DNA of 64,000 nt from an uncultured Poribacteria bacterium (GTDB lineage: Bacteria; Poribacteria; WGA-4E; WGA-3G). Location of the stretch: assembly GCA_958296135.2 (NCBI GenBank), contig CATQHZ020000001.1, positions 3,744,001 to 3,808,000 on the forward strand, read 5' to 3'. The notes under the pieces are model-generated. The model worked only from the letters and a program-made list of their open reading frames with translations, was not told the DNA's origin and made no database searches. A program made the translations under genes and the position numbers. Each line of letters starts with the position of its first letter. Position 1 is the stretch's first letter. Shown here piece after piece: positions 37,507 to 46,172 of this stretch.

Positions 37507-38882
37507 CGGCCCACTCCGACATAATAAAACCCTGCATCGCGCGCATCTTGCGGCAAATACACATTGCGGCCATCAATCAAAATCGGCATCCGCATCTGCT
37601 TAGCGAGTTTGCGCAACTCCAGTTTGTGGTAAACGTCCCATTCGGTGACAAGCACCAGCGCATCCGCTTCGTGAGAGAGGCGATACACATCTTCCCGAAA
37701 ATCCACTGCCGTTCCGTCCAGCGCCATCTCTGCATTCGGCATCGCAATCGGATCGTGCGCGCGAACGCTGGCTCCCTCCGCAACGAGACATCGGATAATG
37801 TCCAACGCAGGTGCCGAACGAACGTCATCCGTGTTCGGCTTAAAGGCGAGTCCGAGGATGCCAATAGTTTTTCCCTTAATCGTGACTCCTGCTCCACAGC
37901 ACCTTTTGAACGCAGCGCGCAACTTTTCAACGATGACTTCGCGCTGCCGAAAATTCACGGCGCGCGCGGCTTCCGTAATCGGCATTTCATAGGCCGATTG
38001 CGCCGCCACCCCTAACAACGCCGCCGTATCCTTCGGGTAGCAGCTGCCGCCCCAGCCGAGGCCTGCCTGCAGAAACCGAGGTCCAATACGCGTGTCAAGT
38101 CCGATGCCGCGCGCGACTTCTGTCACGTCTGCGCCGACTTTCTCACAAAGTCCAGCGATTTCGTTGATAAAACTGATTTTCAGCGCGAGGAACGTATTGG
38201 CGGCGTATTTCAGCATCTCCGCGCTGCTCGGGTCTGTCGTCATCATCGGCGGTAGATGGTATGCCTCAGGCCGCGGGAACGCGCTCGGCGGGTCGAACGT
38301 CTGTTCAAGCAGCGGCTGATACAAGCGACGTAAGGCATCAATAGCATCATCGCAGTGCGCGCCGACGACAATCCGGTCCGGATAGAACGCCCCTTGCAAC
38401 GCCAAACCTTCTTGTAAAAACTCCGGGTTCGATGCAACGGAGACATTCCCTTGAATCCCGCGCGTCGCAAACACCTCATCGACAACTTCGGCGACGCGCC
38501 GATTCGTGCCGATAGGCACCGTCGATTTGACAACAAGCGTATAGTGCCGATGTGGATGGCAGACTTCTGCGACTTCTCGCGCCGCTTGTTCAACATGCCG
38601 CGTGTCTGCTTCCCCGTTCTTTTTCGGCGGCGTGCCGACAGCAATTAAAATGAGCTCCGCTTCTGGAACCACCGCGGCAACGCTCGGCGTGAAACGGAGG
38701 GTATGTCCTACCTCGTCAAGAAGTGTCTGGATGCCGGGTTCATGGATAGGGCTTTTCCCTTGGTGTAACAGTTTGAGTTTATGGGTATCTTTATCGACAG
38801 CCGCAACCTGATGGCTCAGGTAGGCCAGGACAACGGCGGTGGTTAAGCCGACGTAGCCTGTCCCGATGATTGCGATTTTCAC
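37503..38882 (-). CDS. ugd: UDP-glucose 6-dehydrogenase
   Basis: IIGTGYVGL, KSTVPIGT, SNPEFL, KISFINE, GWGGSCYPKD and FKPNTDDVR. Confidence 0.9.
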   Translation of the reverse strand: MKIAIIGTGYVGLTTAVVLAYLSHQVAAVDKDTHKLKLLHQGKSPIHEPGIQTLLDEVGHTLRFTPSVAAVVPEAELILIAVGTPPKKNGEADTRHVEQAAREVAEVCHPHRHYTLVVKSTVPIGTNRRVAEVVDEVFATRGIQGNVSVASNPEFLQEGLALQGAFYPDRIVVGAHCDDAIDALRRLYQPLLEQTFDPPSAFPRPEAYHLPPMMTTDPSSAEMLKYAANTFLALKISFINEIAGLCEKVGADVTEVARGIGLDTRIGPRFLQAGLGWGGSCYPKDTAALLGVAAQSAYEMPITEAARAVNFRQREVIVEKLRAAFKRCCGAGVTIKGKTIGILGLAFKPNTDDVRSAPALDIIRCLVAEGASVRAHDPIAMPNAEMALDGTAVDFREDVYRLSHEADALVLVTEWDVYHKLELRKLAKQMRMPILIDGRNVYLPQDARDAGFYYVGVGR

Positions 38883-39195
38883 ATGTTTCTCCTCATTGAC
38901 AGCGGAATTGCTTCTACAAGAATAGGGTACCATCTCTCGCGATTTTATGCAAGGCAATTCGGCCAAAGGCATTTAGTTTTCCAATTTTCTTTCCCCTACG
39001 CGGCCGGGGCAGCGGGTTTTCACGGTGAGAAACGCCGAAAACTAAATCGTTCTGCAAATCGGTTTTCATTTTCATTTGACATCGTCTCACTGGATATGTT
39101 ATCATTTTAGGACTGACGTAAGAGTGGATTTTTATATCCACCCGACGCGCACACACTACCGGCGGATATGGACATCCGTCCCGACAAAAAGAGGA

Positions 39196-39918
39196 ATGTC
39201 AGATATGTCTACACAGACTCGTAACGTCCTAATCACCGGCGGCACCGGCATCTTAGGCAGTGCTGTCACAAAAGCATACATCGCGCAAGGCGACAACGTC
39301 GCTGTCACATACCTGTTTGAAAATGAGGTGGAACGCTTCAAGCAGTATAACCCCGACATCAGCGAGGAGGTAACCTTCCTGTTCGCAAACGTCACCGAAG
39401 AAGCTGAGGTTCAGAAGTCGTTTCAGGAATTTCAATCCCAAATCGGGCCGCTTGATATCCTGATAAACATCGTCGGTGGCTTCGTCGGCGGGATTCCTGC
39501 GGCGGAACTTGAAGTGGAAAAATGGGATTTCATGATGGAACTGAACCTCAAATCCGTCTTCCTCTGCTGCAAAACGGCACTGCCAGAAATGACAGCGCGC
39601 GGCGCAGGCAAGATTGTCAACGTTTCGGCGCGCGCCGGGTTGAAAGGTGAGGCTGGCATGAGTGCCTACTGCGTCTCCAAAGGCGGCGTGCGCACCTTGA
39701 CAGAGGCGTTAGCCGCCGAAGTGATGGATGCCGGGGTCAACGTCAACGCTATTATGCCAAGCGTCATCGATACACCCGCGAATCGCCAGTCTATGCCGGA
39801 CGAAGACCCGGGCCGTTGGGTATCCCCCTCCAACATCGCCAAGGTGATATGTTTCCTCACCTCTGATGAGGCGGCGGTTATTAATGGAGCAGCCATTCCG
39901 GTTTATGGCCGCGCATAA
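39196..39918 (+). CDS. Short-chain dehydrogenase/reductase
   Basis: ITGGTGILG and YCVSK. Confidence 0.88.
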   Translation: MSDMSTQTRNVLITGGTGILGSAVTKAYIAQGDNVAVTYLFENEVERFKQYNPDISEEVTFLFANVTEEAEVQKSFQEFQSQIGPLDILINIVGGFVGGIPAAELEVEKWDFMMELNLKSVFLCCKTALPEMTARGAGKIVNVSARAGLKGEAGMSAYCVSKGGVRTLTEALAAEVMDAGVNVNAIMPSVIDTPANRQSMPDEDPGRWVSPSNIAKVICFLTSDEAAVINGAAIPVYGRA

Positions 39919-40006
39919 ATTGTAAGGGCGGATATGGACATCCGCCCCTACAGTGCATCGCCGTGCATTCCAAAACTGAAGCTGCCGCGTCAAATCACAT
40001 TTCCTA

Positions 40007-40035
40007 TTGCAATCGCCTTAAATTTGTGGTATAAT
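40007..40035 (+). promoter_or_regulatory. Sigma70 promoter
   Basis: TTGCAA-17 bp-(TGTGG)TATAAT. Confidence 0.65.
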
Positions 40036-40073
40036 GCAATTTCAATGGAAATGTTCGCAAGAAAGGAGAAAAA

Positions 40074-40841
40074 ATGATGAAAGTCGGTATTCGAGATGGG
40101 ATGTTGCCCGTTTCCTTTGAAGAATCGTTTCAGAAAGCGAAAGACATCGGGTTTGATGGCATCGAACTCTGCATGGGTGTCAACTACCGCGAGCACCCCC
40201 TCTGGCAGGGAGGCGGCGTGGATAAAGTGAACAGCCTCGCGGCGGCCGCCGGTATTGAGGTAGCATCGCTGTCACCCGGAGGGTTCACCGCCTATTCGTT
40301 CATGCATCCAACCGATAGCACGCGGAGCGAAGGAATCGCCAAACTGCAATACCTAGCCGAAACCTGTCCGAAATTGGGCGCGAAAGTCATCTTAGTGCCA
40401 TTTTTCGGAAACGGCCAGATTCAAGACGCGCATGTCACGGCACCACGGTTCCTTGATGGCTTGAAAGCCGCCGCTGAAACCGCTGAGAAACACGGTGTCT
40501 TCCTCGCGCTGGAATCGACGTTGAGTGCCACGCAGCACCAACAAATTATTGACAGCGTTGGTTCGTCGGCAGTCGGTGTCTATTACGACATGGGGAATGC
40601 AACGGGGTTCGGCTATGACGCGCCCTCCGAAATCCGAGCCCTGGGTAGTGGGATTGTGCAAATGCACATTAAGGATACCGGTGGCAATCACGCCGGCGAA
40701 GGCGATGTCGATTTCCCCGCCGTTTTCGAGTCAGCGCACGCCATCGGCTACGACAGCTGGTTCGTGCTTGAAACACCCGGTAAAGATGAGCCGGTCGCCG
40801 CCGCGGAGAAAAACCTCAATTTCGTCAGGAATAGTTTCTGA
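40074..40841 (+). CDS. Sugar phosphate isomerase/epimerase (xylose isomerase-like TIM barrel)
   Basis: GFDGIEL, LALES, YYDMGN, HIKD and GEGDVDF. Confidence 0.85.
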   Translation: MMKVGIRDGMLPVSFEESFQKAKDIGFDGIELCMGVNYREHPLWQGGGVDKVNSLAAAAGIEVASLSPGGFTAYSFMHPTDSTRSEGIAKLQYLAETCPKLGAKVILVPFFGNGQIQDAHVTAPRFLDGLKAAAETAEKHGVFLALESTLSATQHQQIIDSVGSSAVGVYYDMGNATGFGYDAPSEIRALGSGIVQMHIKDTGGNHAGEGDVDFPAVFESAHAIGYDSWFVLETPGKDEPVAAAEKNLNFVRNSF

Positions 40842-40890
40842 TACAGCGCGCATCTCACGCGCGCCTACCGATGTTACGGAGGGGTTGCTC

Positions 40891-41724
40891 ATGAACAATC
40901 CAAAGGCGATAGTCCCGCATGTTGAAAGCGGCAAACTGCTGGCATTGCCGACGCGCGAAGCGGAGCAATTGTTCCAAAGTTACGGCAAGCAGCAGCAACT
41001 CGAGATTATTCACGCCACTCGCGACCCGAGGGAGCGAGAACAACTCTATTATCTCGTCCCGGATTGTACGGAACTCATCCAAGAAAGCCCAGCCGAAGAG
41101 GTACTCCAGATCTTCGACACCATGCTTGGCACCGGGCTCGCCTCCGGGCTGCTGCCCTGTCTCTCAAGTGAACAGTTTGAGACACTCGTTGATATTGCAG
41201 TCTGGCGCGATGGAGAATTAGACGAAGAATCACTCGACCTCTGGTTATTTGAGCTCTCTGAATGCGAACCGGATGACCTGGGCCGGTTCCTCGCCGAGAT
41301 AGACATTCGGCTCCTCGCCCAATTGCTCCACGATAGAGTCATCTTGGAAGATAGTTTCGGCGCAATGCTCATTGAAGCAGGATTCATCGACCCGGGGTTG
41401 CCCTCAATTCAATACGCCGATGAACGCGCACGCGCTGTTGTCGATGCCATCTGGGAGGCCGATACCGAACTCTTCGCAGCACTGCTGCGCGAACTCTTCG
41501 CAATTGACGAAGAAGGCGATGCTGAGGAACTCCGAGCCGCCGCAACCGCAGACGCACAAGGAGAAAGAACCGAACGAGTTGAAGAACGCGACAGGGAATC
41601 CGGCATCGATGTCACCGAGACAGACCTGATGCAGCAGGTAGATCTGGACTCGCTCCAACTCCAAGAAGATGAGGATGAGGATGAGGATAAGGACGAATAC
41701 GACTACTATGATGACGACGAATAA
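40891..41724 (+). CDS. Hypothetical acidic protein (DUF6178-like N-terminal half)
   Basis: SD GGAGG; EQFETLVDIAVWRDGELD resembles DUF6178 as I recall it; Asp/Glu-rich tail. Confidence 0.55.
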   Translation: MNNPKAIVPHVESGKLLALPTREAEQLFQSYGKQQQLEIIHATRDPREREQLYYLVPDCTELIQESPAEEVLQIFDTMLGTGLASGLLPCLSSEQFETLVDIAVWRDGELDEESLDLWLFELSECEPDDLGRFLAEIDIRLLAQLLHDRVILEDSFGAMLIEAGFIDPGLPSIQYADERARAVVDAIWEADTELFAALLRELFAIDEEGDAEELRAAATADAQGERTERVEERDRESGIDVTETDLMQQVDLDSLQLQEDEDEDEDKDEYDYYDDDE

Positions 41725-42643
41725 AGCGGCACTCGTCGCCGCGACACCGCTCGACAGGCAGCTGTTCCTCGCGCAAGCCCTCGCACACGGCGATGCCCTG
41801 GGAAAATTCTCTACAGAGGAAGCGGACGCGCTCTACCAGAACATCGCCGCAATCGCGCACAAACTCATTACGATGAAAACAGCTGACCTCGCCGATGAAT
41901 CGCAACTCCGAACGCAGGTTCAAAACGCGTTCACGCTTACAAGTCTGGGACTGGAATACGGCAGCCAAGGAAACCTAGACAAAGCTGTCCGGGTGCTTAC
42001 CCGGAACCGCACTGTCACATTTTTCCAGATCGGCAGTACGCTGACAAGCCCCTTGTTGGATAGGGCGCGCAACCTACTAAAAAAGGGGACGATTCTGCCA
42101 TCTCTCCCCGGGGCACCCCCGGGAACCTCGGATATTCAGATTTACAACCCAGCGGAGCAGGCGTTCTTAGAGGCCGTCACGAAATACCAAACCACCATTC
42201 GCACATCGCAAGTCACCATAAGGGACCCGGTGACATCGCGCAACCTATCCCGCGTGACTGACGTAGAAATGGTCGACCGGCAATTGAGGTGCATCGAAAA
42301 TCGGTGGCGTTATGTGCGCGCTTTGCCGTTGGATAACGTCTTGAAACTCACGCCGCCGCTGAGCTCCTTCGCGAACCCGATTGAATACCTCACGCTCGGT
42401 TTAATAGTCAATCTGAGTCTCCATCGGCGAATTGATTTCCAGTTGAATGCACACACTCTCGCAGATTTCAACGCGATAGCTTATGAGAATGGCAACATTT
42501 TGCCGCCCCTCCGCAAACGCCTGCTTAAGTGGATCGCCGACTATCTTGCGGAAGCAAAGCAGCCGGAGGCGGTGCAGCAGTATGCTGTCAGTTATTGGGA
42601 TGAGTGCCTGAAACTGGACAGCCCCAAGCCGATGCTTTTGTAG
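41708..42643 (+). CDS. Hypothetical protein (DUF6178-like C-terminal half)
   Basis: SLGLEYGSQGNLDKAVRVL...FFQIG; overlaps the upstream gene. Confidence 0.55.
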   Translation: MMTTNKAALVAATPLDRQLFLAQALAHGDALGKFSTEEADALYQNIAAIAHKLITMKTADLADESQLRTQVQNAFTLTSLGLEYGSQGNLDKAVRVLTRNRTVTFFQIGSTLTSPLLDRARNLLKKGTILPSLPGAPPGTSDIQIYNPAEQAFLEAVTKYQTTIRTSQVTIRDPVTSRNLSRVTDVEMVDRQLRCIENRWRYVRALPLDNVLKLTPPLSSFANPIEYLTLGLIVNLSLHRRIDFQLNAHTLADFNAIAYENGNILPPLRKRLLKWIADYLAEAKQPEAVQQYAVSYWDECLKLDSPKPMLL

Positions 42644-42650
42644 CGCAGCG

Positions 42651-43433
42651 TCATTCTGCCGAGAACCGTTTTTTCGCCGCCGCGATTGCTTGTCGCGCTT
42701 CCGGCGTACCGATGTCGTTCAGCGCGCGTTCTGCCATCATACGCCGTTCGCTATCCGTCCCGTTGAGTGCTTCCGTGAGCGCGGGCACCGCTGGCGAGCC
42801 GATAGTAACGAGTGCCCGAACAACAAGCCTGCGGACGTTCCATTCCGGATCGGTGAGGGAACGCATCAGCGCGGCGAGAATATCTTGTAGGCGCGCGCGC
42901 TTAGTCGCGCTATTATCAAACCGTTTGCCGATTTCGCCGAGGGCATAAGCGACATGAAGCCGAGTCTCCATCGATTCTGCAGCTAAGGCATCGATGAGGA
43001 ACGGCACGGCGGGTTCACCGAGCTGCTGTAAGGCGATAGAACCGACAACGCGCACGTTTTCGTCCGGATCGGACAGCACAGAAATCAACGCAGGCACGAC
43101 CCGGGCCGCCGGCGTTGCAATGTCGCTCAACGTCCAAGCAGCGGTTTCCCGAATCTGTGGATTTTCATGCGATATCCCCCAGACGAGGGCATCAATCGCG
43201 CCAGGGCCCATCGCCACGAGTGCGTGAGCCGCTTCGGCGCGGCGTTCCGCCTCCGGGGCCCCAAGTTGGACGACAAGCGTTTTCGCCTCTCGCGTTTGCA
43301 AATAACATGCCGACAGACATAGCAGCAGAAGCAGTAGGAGGGACCTCGGGGCCCGAATCAGGTATTTCATCAGTAGGAGGGACCGCCGGTCCCGATGTAG
43401 GAGGGACCTCGGGGCCCGAATCAGGTATTTCAT
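42651..43433 (-). CDS. HEAT-repeat lipoprotein
   Basis: LSAC lipobox; repeated D....VR..A..AL..IG.PAVP.L units; alternative start at 43370. Confidence 0.8.
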   Translation of the reverse strand: MKYLIRAPRSLLHRDRRSLLLMKYLIRAPRSLLLLLLLCLSACYLQTREAKTLVVQLGAPEAERRAEAAHALVAMGPGAIDALVWGISHENPQIRETAAWTLSDIATPAARVVPALISVLSDPDENVRVVGSIALQQLGEPAVPFLIDALAAESMETRLHVAYALGEIGKRFDNSATKRARLQDILAALMRSLTDPEWNVRRLVVRALVTIGSPAVPALTEALNGTDSERRMMAERALNDIGTPEARQAIAAAKKRFSAE

Positions 43434-43732
43434 GTTGTTCAAAAGTATAGCACAGTCTCACATTTTTGGCAAACTTCTCGCCAGGGTGATTCAGTTTTCA
43501 AATCCGGAGGCATTCGCGCGTATCATCGTAGGGCGGGGGCCTGTCCCCCGCCGTGCCCGACGCGCGTATCATCGTAGGGCGGGGGCCTGTCTCCCGCCGT
43601 GCCCGAGCGCCTCGGAAATTCGCGAGGAACAGGCCCTCGTATGTCTCTATCCGCCCTTCTCCCGCACCGGGAAAGGAAAAATGAAAGGAGCATCACGGTT
43701 TTCGCCAATGTGCAAAACCAGATAAGAAAAAA

Positions 43733-44287
43733 ATGCAATTAGAAATCGCAACCTTCGGCGCAGGCTGTTTTTGGTGTGTTGAAGCAGTTTTTCAGCAGCT
43801 AGAAGGCGTTCACGAAGTTGTCTCCGGCTACACCGGCGGCACCACGGACAACCCAACTTATCAAGAAATATGCACGGGGCTGACAGGACATGCGGAAGTC
43901 GTCCAGATTCGGTTTGATCCGAGCGTTATTCCCTACGCGGCGTTGTTGGACGTTTTCTGGCACACGCATGATGCGACGACATTGAATCGGCAGGGCGCAG
44001 ACCACGGTACGCAGTATCGCTCTGCGATTTTCTACCACGATGAGGCGCAGCGGCGCAGTGCCGAGCAGTCCAAAGCGGAAATGGAGAACTCCGAAGCGTG
44101 GGACGCGCCGATTGTCACGGAGATAACAGCGGCGGCAACCTTCTATCCGGCCGAGGGTTACCATCAAAACTATTTCCGGGACAACCCGTATCAGCCGTAC
44201 TGCCAATTTGTGATCTACCCGAAAATGCGGAAGTTCACAAAGGATTTTAAGGATAAACTCAGAACCGATGCATCAAAAGTTCGTTAA
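43733..44287 (+). CDS. msrA: Peptide-methionine (S)-S-oxide reductase
   Basis: FGAGCFWC, GHAEVV, GTQYRSAIF and AEGYHQNY. Confidence 0.95.
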   Translation: MQLEIATFGAGCFWCVEAVFQQLEGVHEVVSGYTGGTTDNPTYQEICTGLTGHAEVVQIRFDPSVIPYAALLDVFWHTHDATTLNRQGADHGTQYRSAIFYHDEAQRRSAEQSKAEMENSEAWDAPIVTEITAAATFYPAEGYHQNYFRDNPYQPYCQFVIYPKMRKFTKDFKDKLRTDASKVR

Positions 44288-44364
44288 TCTGGAAAATTTC
44301 CGCTTGACAGATTTCACGAAAATTGATAGAATACCCTATCTTTACCTAACAGGAGGAAATTCTT

Positions 44365-45141
44365 ATGATGAAATTGGTTATGTGTTTAGGCATCGCATTG
44401 CTTCTGGTGATAACTCCCGCCTTCACAAAGGCGGAGGAGTTTACGGACGGGCTCGTCCTCTACCACGCCTACGATGAAGGCGACGGTGCTGTCGCCGAAG
44501 ACCTCAGCGGCAACGGGCACGATGGCGAAATCGATAACCCTATCTGGGTGGATGGCAAGTTTGAAAAAGCACTTGAATTTGGCGGCGAAGGCAGCGGCAC
44601 GTTCGTCACCGTTGAAAGCACGCCGAGACTGAACGTCAACGAATGCACGTTCATGGCGTGGATTAATGCCGAACATTGGAACGGCGTCCGCCAAATCGTC
44701 GGCAAATCTGTCCACGGCGGATGCGGCGGCCGGGTGCAATACGGGCTGTTCAGCGAAGGCGGCACTTTCAAACTCCGCTTTGAAGGCGAAGGCGCCCGAG
44801 CCGACATCTCCACAGATCTGCCTGACACTGAGAAGTGGGTGCATGTCGCTTTTACTAACGACGGAAAAACGGGCATCATCTATATCGATGGCGATGCCGT
44901 GATCGATCAAGCGGTACCGGGAAAACTCGGGGCCAACGATGACCCGTGGCGCATCGGACAGGATTGCGACCGCGAGAACTACATCTTCGCCGGCATTATC
45001 GACGAGGTGCGTCTCTGGAATCGCGCCCTGAGTGAGAAGGATATTAACACCTTCAAAGACCAGGGTGCAAAAGAGGCACTCGCCGTGGATCCGAGCGGTA
45101 AACTCTCAACCACCTGGGGCCGCCTCAAAACGTCCCGATAA
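44365..45141 (+). CDS. Secreted LamG-like jellyroll protein with Poribacteria-type C-terminal motif
   Basis: Signal peptide; WVHVAF and FAGIIDEVRLWNRAL; AVDPSGKLSTTWGRLK. Confidence 0.85.
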   Translation: MMKLVMCLGIALLLVITPAFTKAEEFTDGLVLYHAYDEGDGAVAEDLSGNGHDGEIDNPIWVDGKFEKALEFGGEGSGTFVTVESTPRLNVNECTFMAWINAEHWNGVRQIVGKSVHGGCGGRVQYGLFSEGGTFKLRFEGEGARADISTDLPDTEKWVHVAFTNDGKTGIIYIDGDAVIDQAVPGKLGANDDPWRIGQDCDRENYIFAGIIDEVRLWNRALSEKDINTFKDQGAKEALAVDPSGKLSTTWGRLKTSR

Positions 45142-45215
45142 TAGTTTGAGGCGAGGGAAACCTCTCCCTCGCCTCACATAAAAATCGCTTGACAAATTCT
45201 CTCACCGTGAATATC

Positions 45216-46001
45216 ATGACTAAAGAGATGGACGAACCAATAAAAACAGTCGTCTGTAGAAATTGCAACGCAGCAATCGATGAAGAGACGTTCGTGACAC
45301 ATCTGAAAGTGTGCGATAGCTGCGGACATCACCACTATCTGACGGCTCACGAACGGCTCGAGCTCCTCATTGACGCGGGCAGCTTTGAGGAACACGATGC
45401 GGATTTATATTCTATCGATTCGTTGGAATTCCCAGAATATCCGCAAAAATTGGCGCGAGACATCGCGAAAACAGGGCTCCGCTCCGAGATGCTCTCCGGC
45501 ATCGCCAACATCGGCGGACACCCAACTGCCATTGCGATTGGGGATGTTAGGTTCATCGGGGGGACATGCGGTTCTGTTATCGGTGAAAAGGTTACCCGAT
45601 GTATTGAACGCGCGCTTGAAAATAGGGTGCCGTTAGTACTCGTCTCCGTGAGCGGTGGGATGCGGATGCAGGAAGGCACGCTCGCTTTGATGCAGATGGC
45701 GAAAACCGCAGCGGCGTGCGCAGCCTATGCCAAAGAGGGAGTCTTTTACATTTCTGTCGTCACCGATCCGACGTTTGGCGGGGCGACAGCGAGTTACACC
45801 TCCCTCGGCGATGTGATTATCGCCGAACCCGGTGCGCGCATCGGCTTTGCGGGCCCGTTGGCGGTTGCGAGCCTACGCGAAGAACTCCCCGAAGACTTTC
45901 AAAAAGCGGAGTCATTGCTGGCACATGGCTTCATCGATGCCATCGTCCACCGCGCCGAGATGCGGCGGATGTTGATGGAACTGCTTGAATTCGCCCGCTA
46001 A
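45216..46001 (+). CDS. accD: Acetyl-CoA carboxylase carboxyltransferase beta subunit
   Basis: C4 zinc finger, SGGMRMQEG, LMQMAKT, DPTFGG and FQKAE.LL.HG; start 45216 or 45228. Confidence 0.92.
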   Translation: MTKEMDEPIKTVVCRNCNAAIDEETFVTHLKVCDSCGHHHYLTAHERLELLIDAGSFEEHDADLYSIDSLEFPEYPQKLARDIAKTGLRSEMLSGIANIGGHPTAIAIGDVRFIGGTCGSVIGEKVTRCIERALENRVPLVLVSVSGGMRMQEGTLALMQMAKTAAACAAYAKEGVFYISVVTDPTFGGATASYTSLGDVIIAEPGARIGFAGPLAVASLREELPEDFQKAESLLAHGFIDAIVHRAEMRRMLMELLEFAR

Positions 46002-46172
46002 AAAAACTAACGAACCGTAGAGCGAAGGACAGACACTCGCCCTACGGATACCACTTGGGGTTTTTTGTAGCCTCAATGAAAAACAAGCGTTAATATAGAT
46101 GCAACTCTTGCTCTTCGTTCAGGAAAACCGCGCACTAAAAAATCTCTAAGAAAAGCAAAATAGGAATAGAAC

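Noticed and set aside
37880-37915. REP origin for the extra peptide in Ugd (FKRCCGAGVT); similar extras in GmhB and the heptose kinase
   Set aside because: No clear GTAG-hairpin match, so they were not counted among the in-frame repeats.
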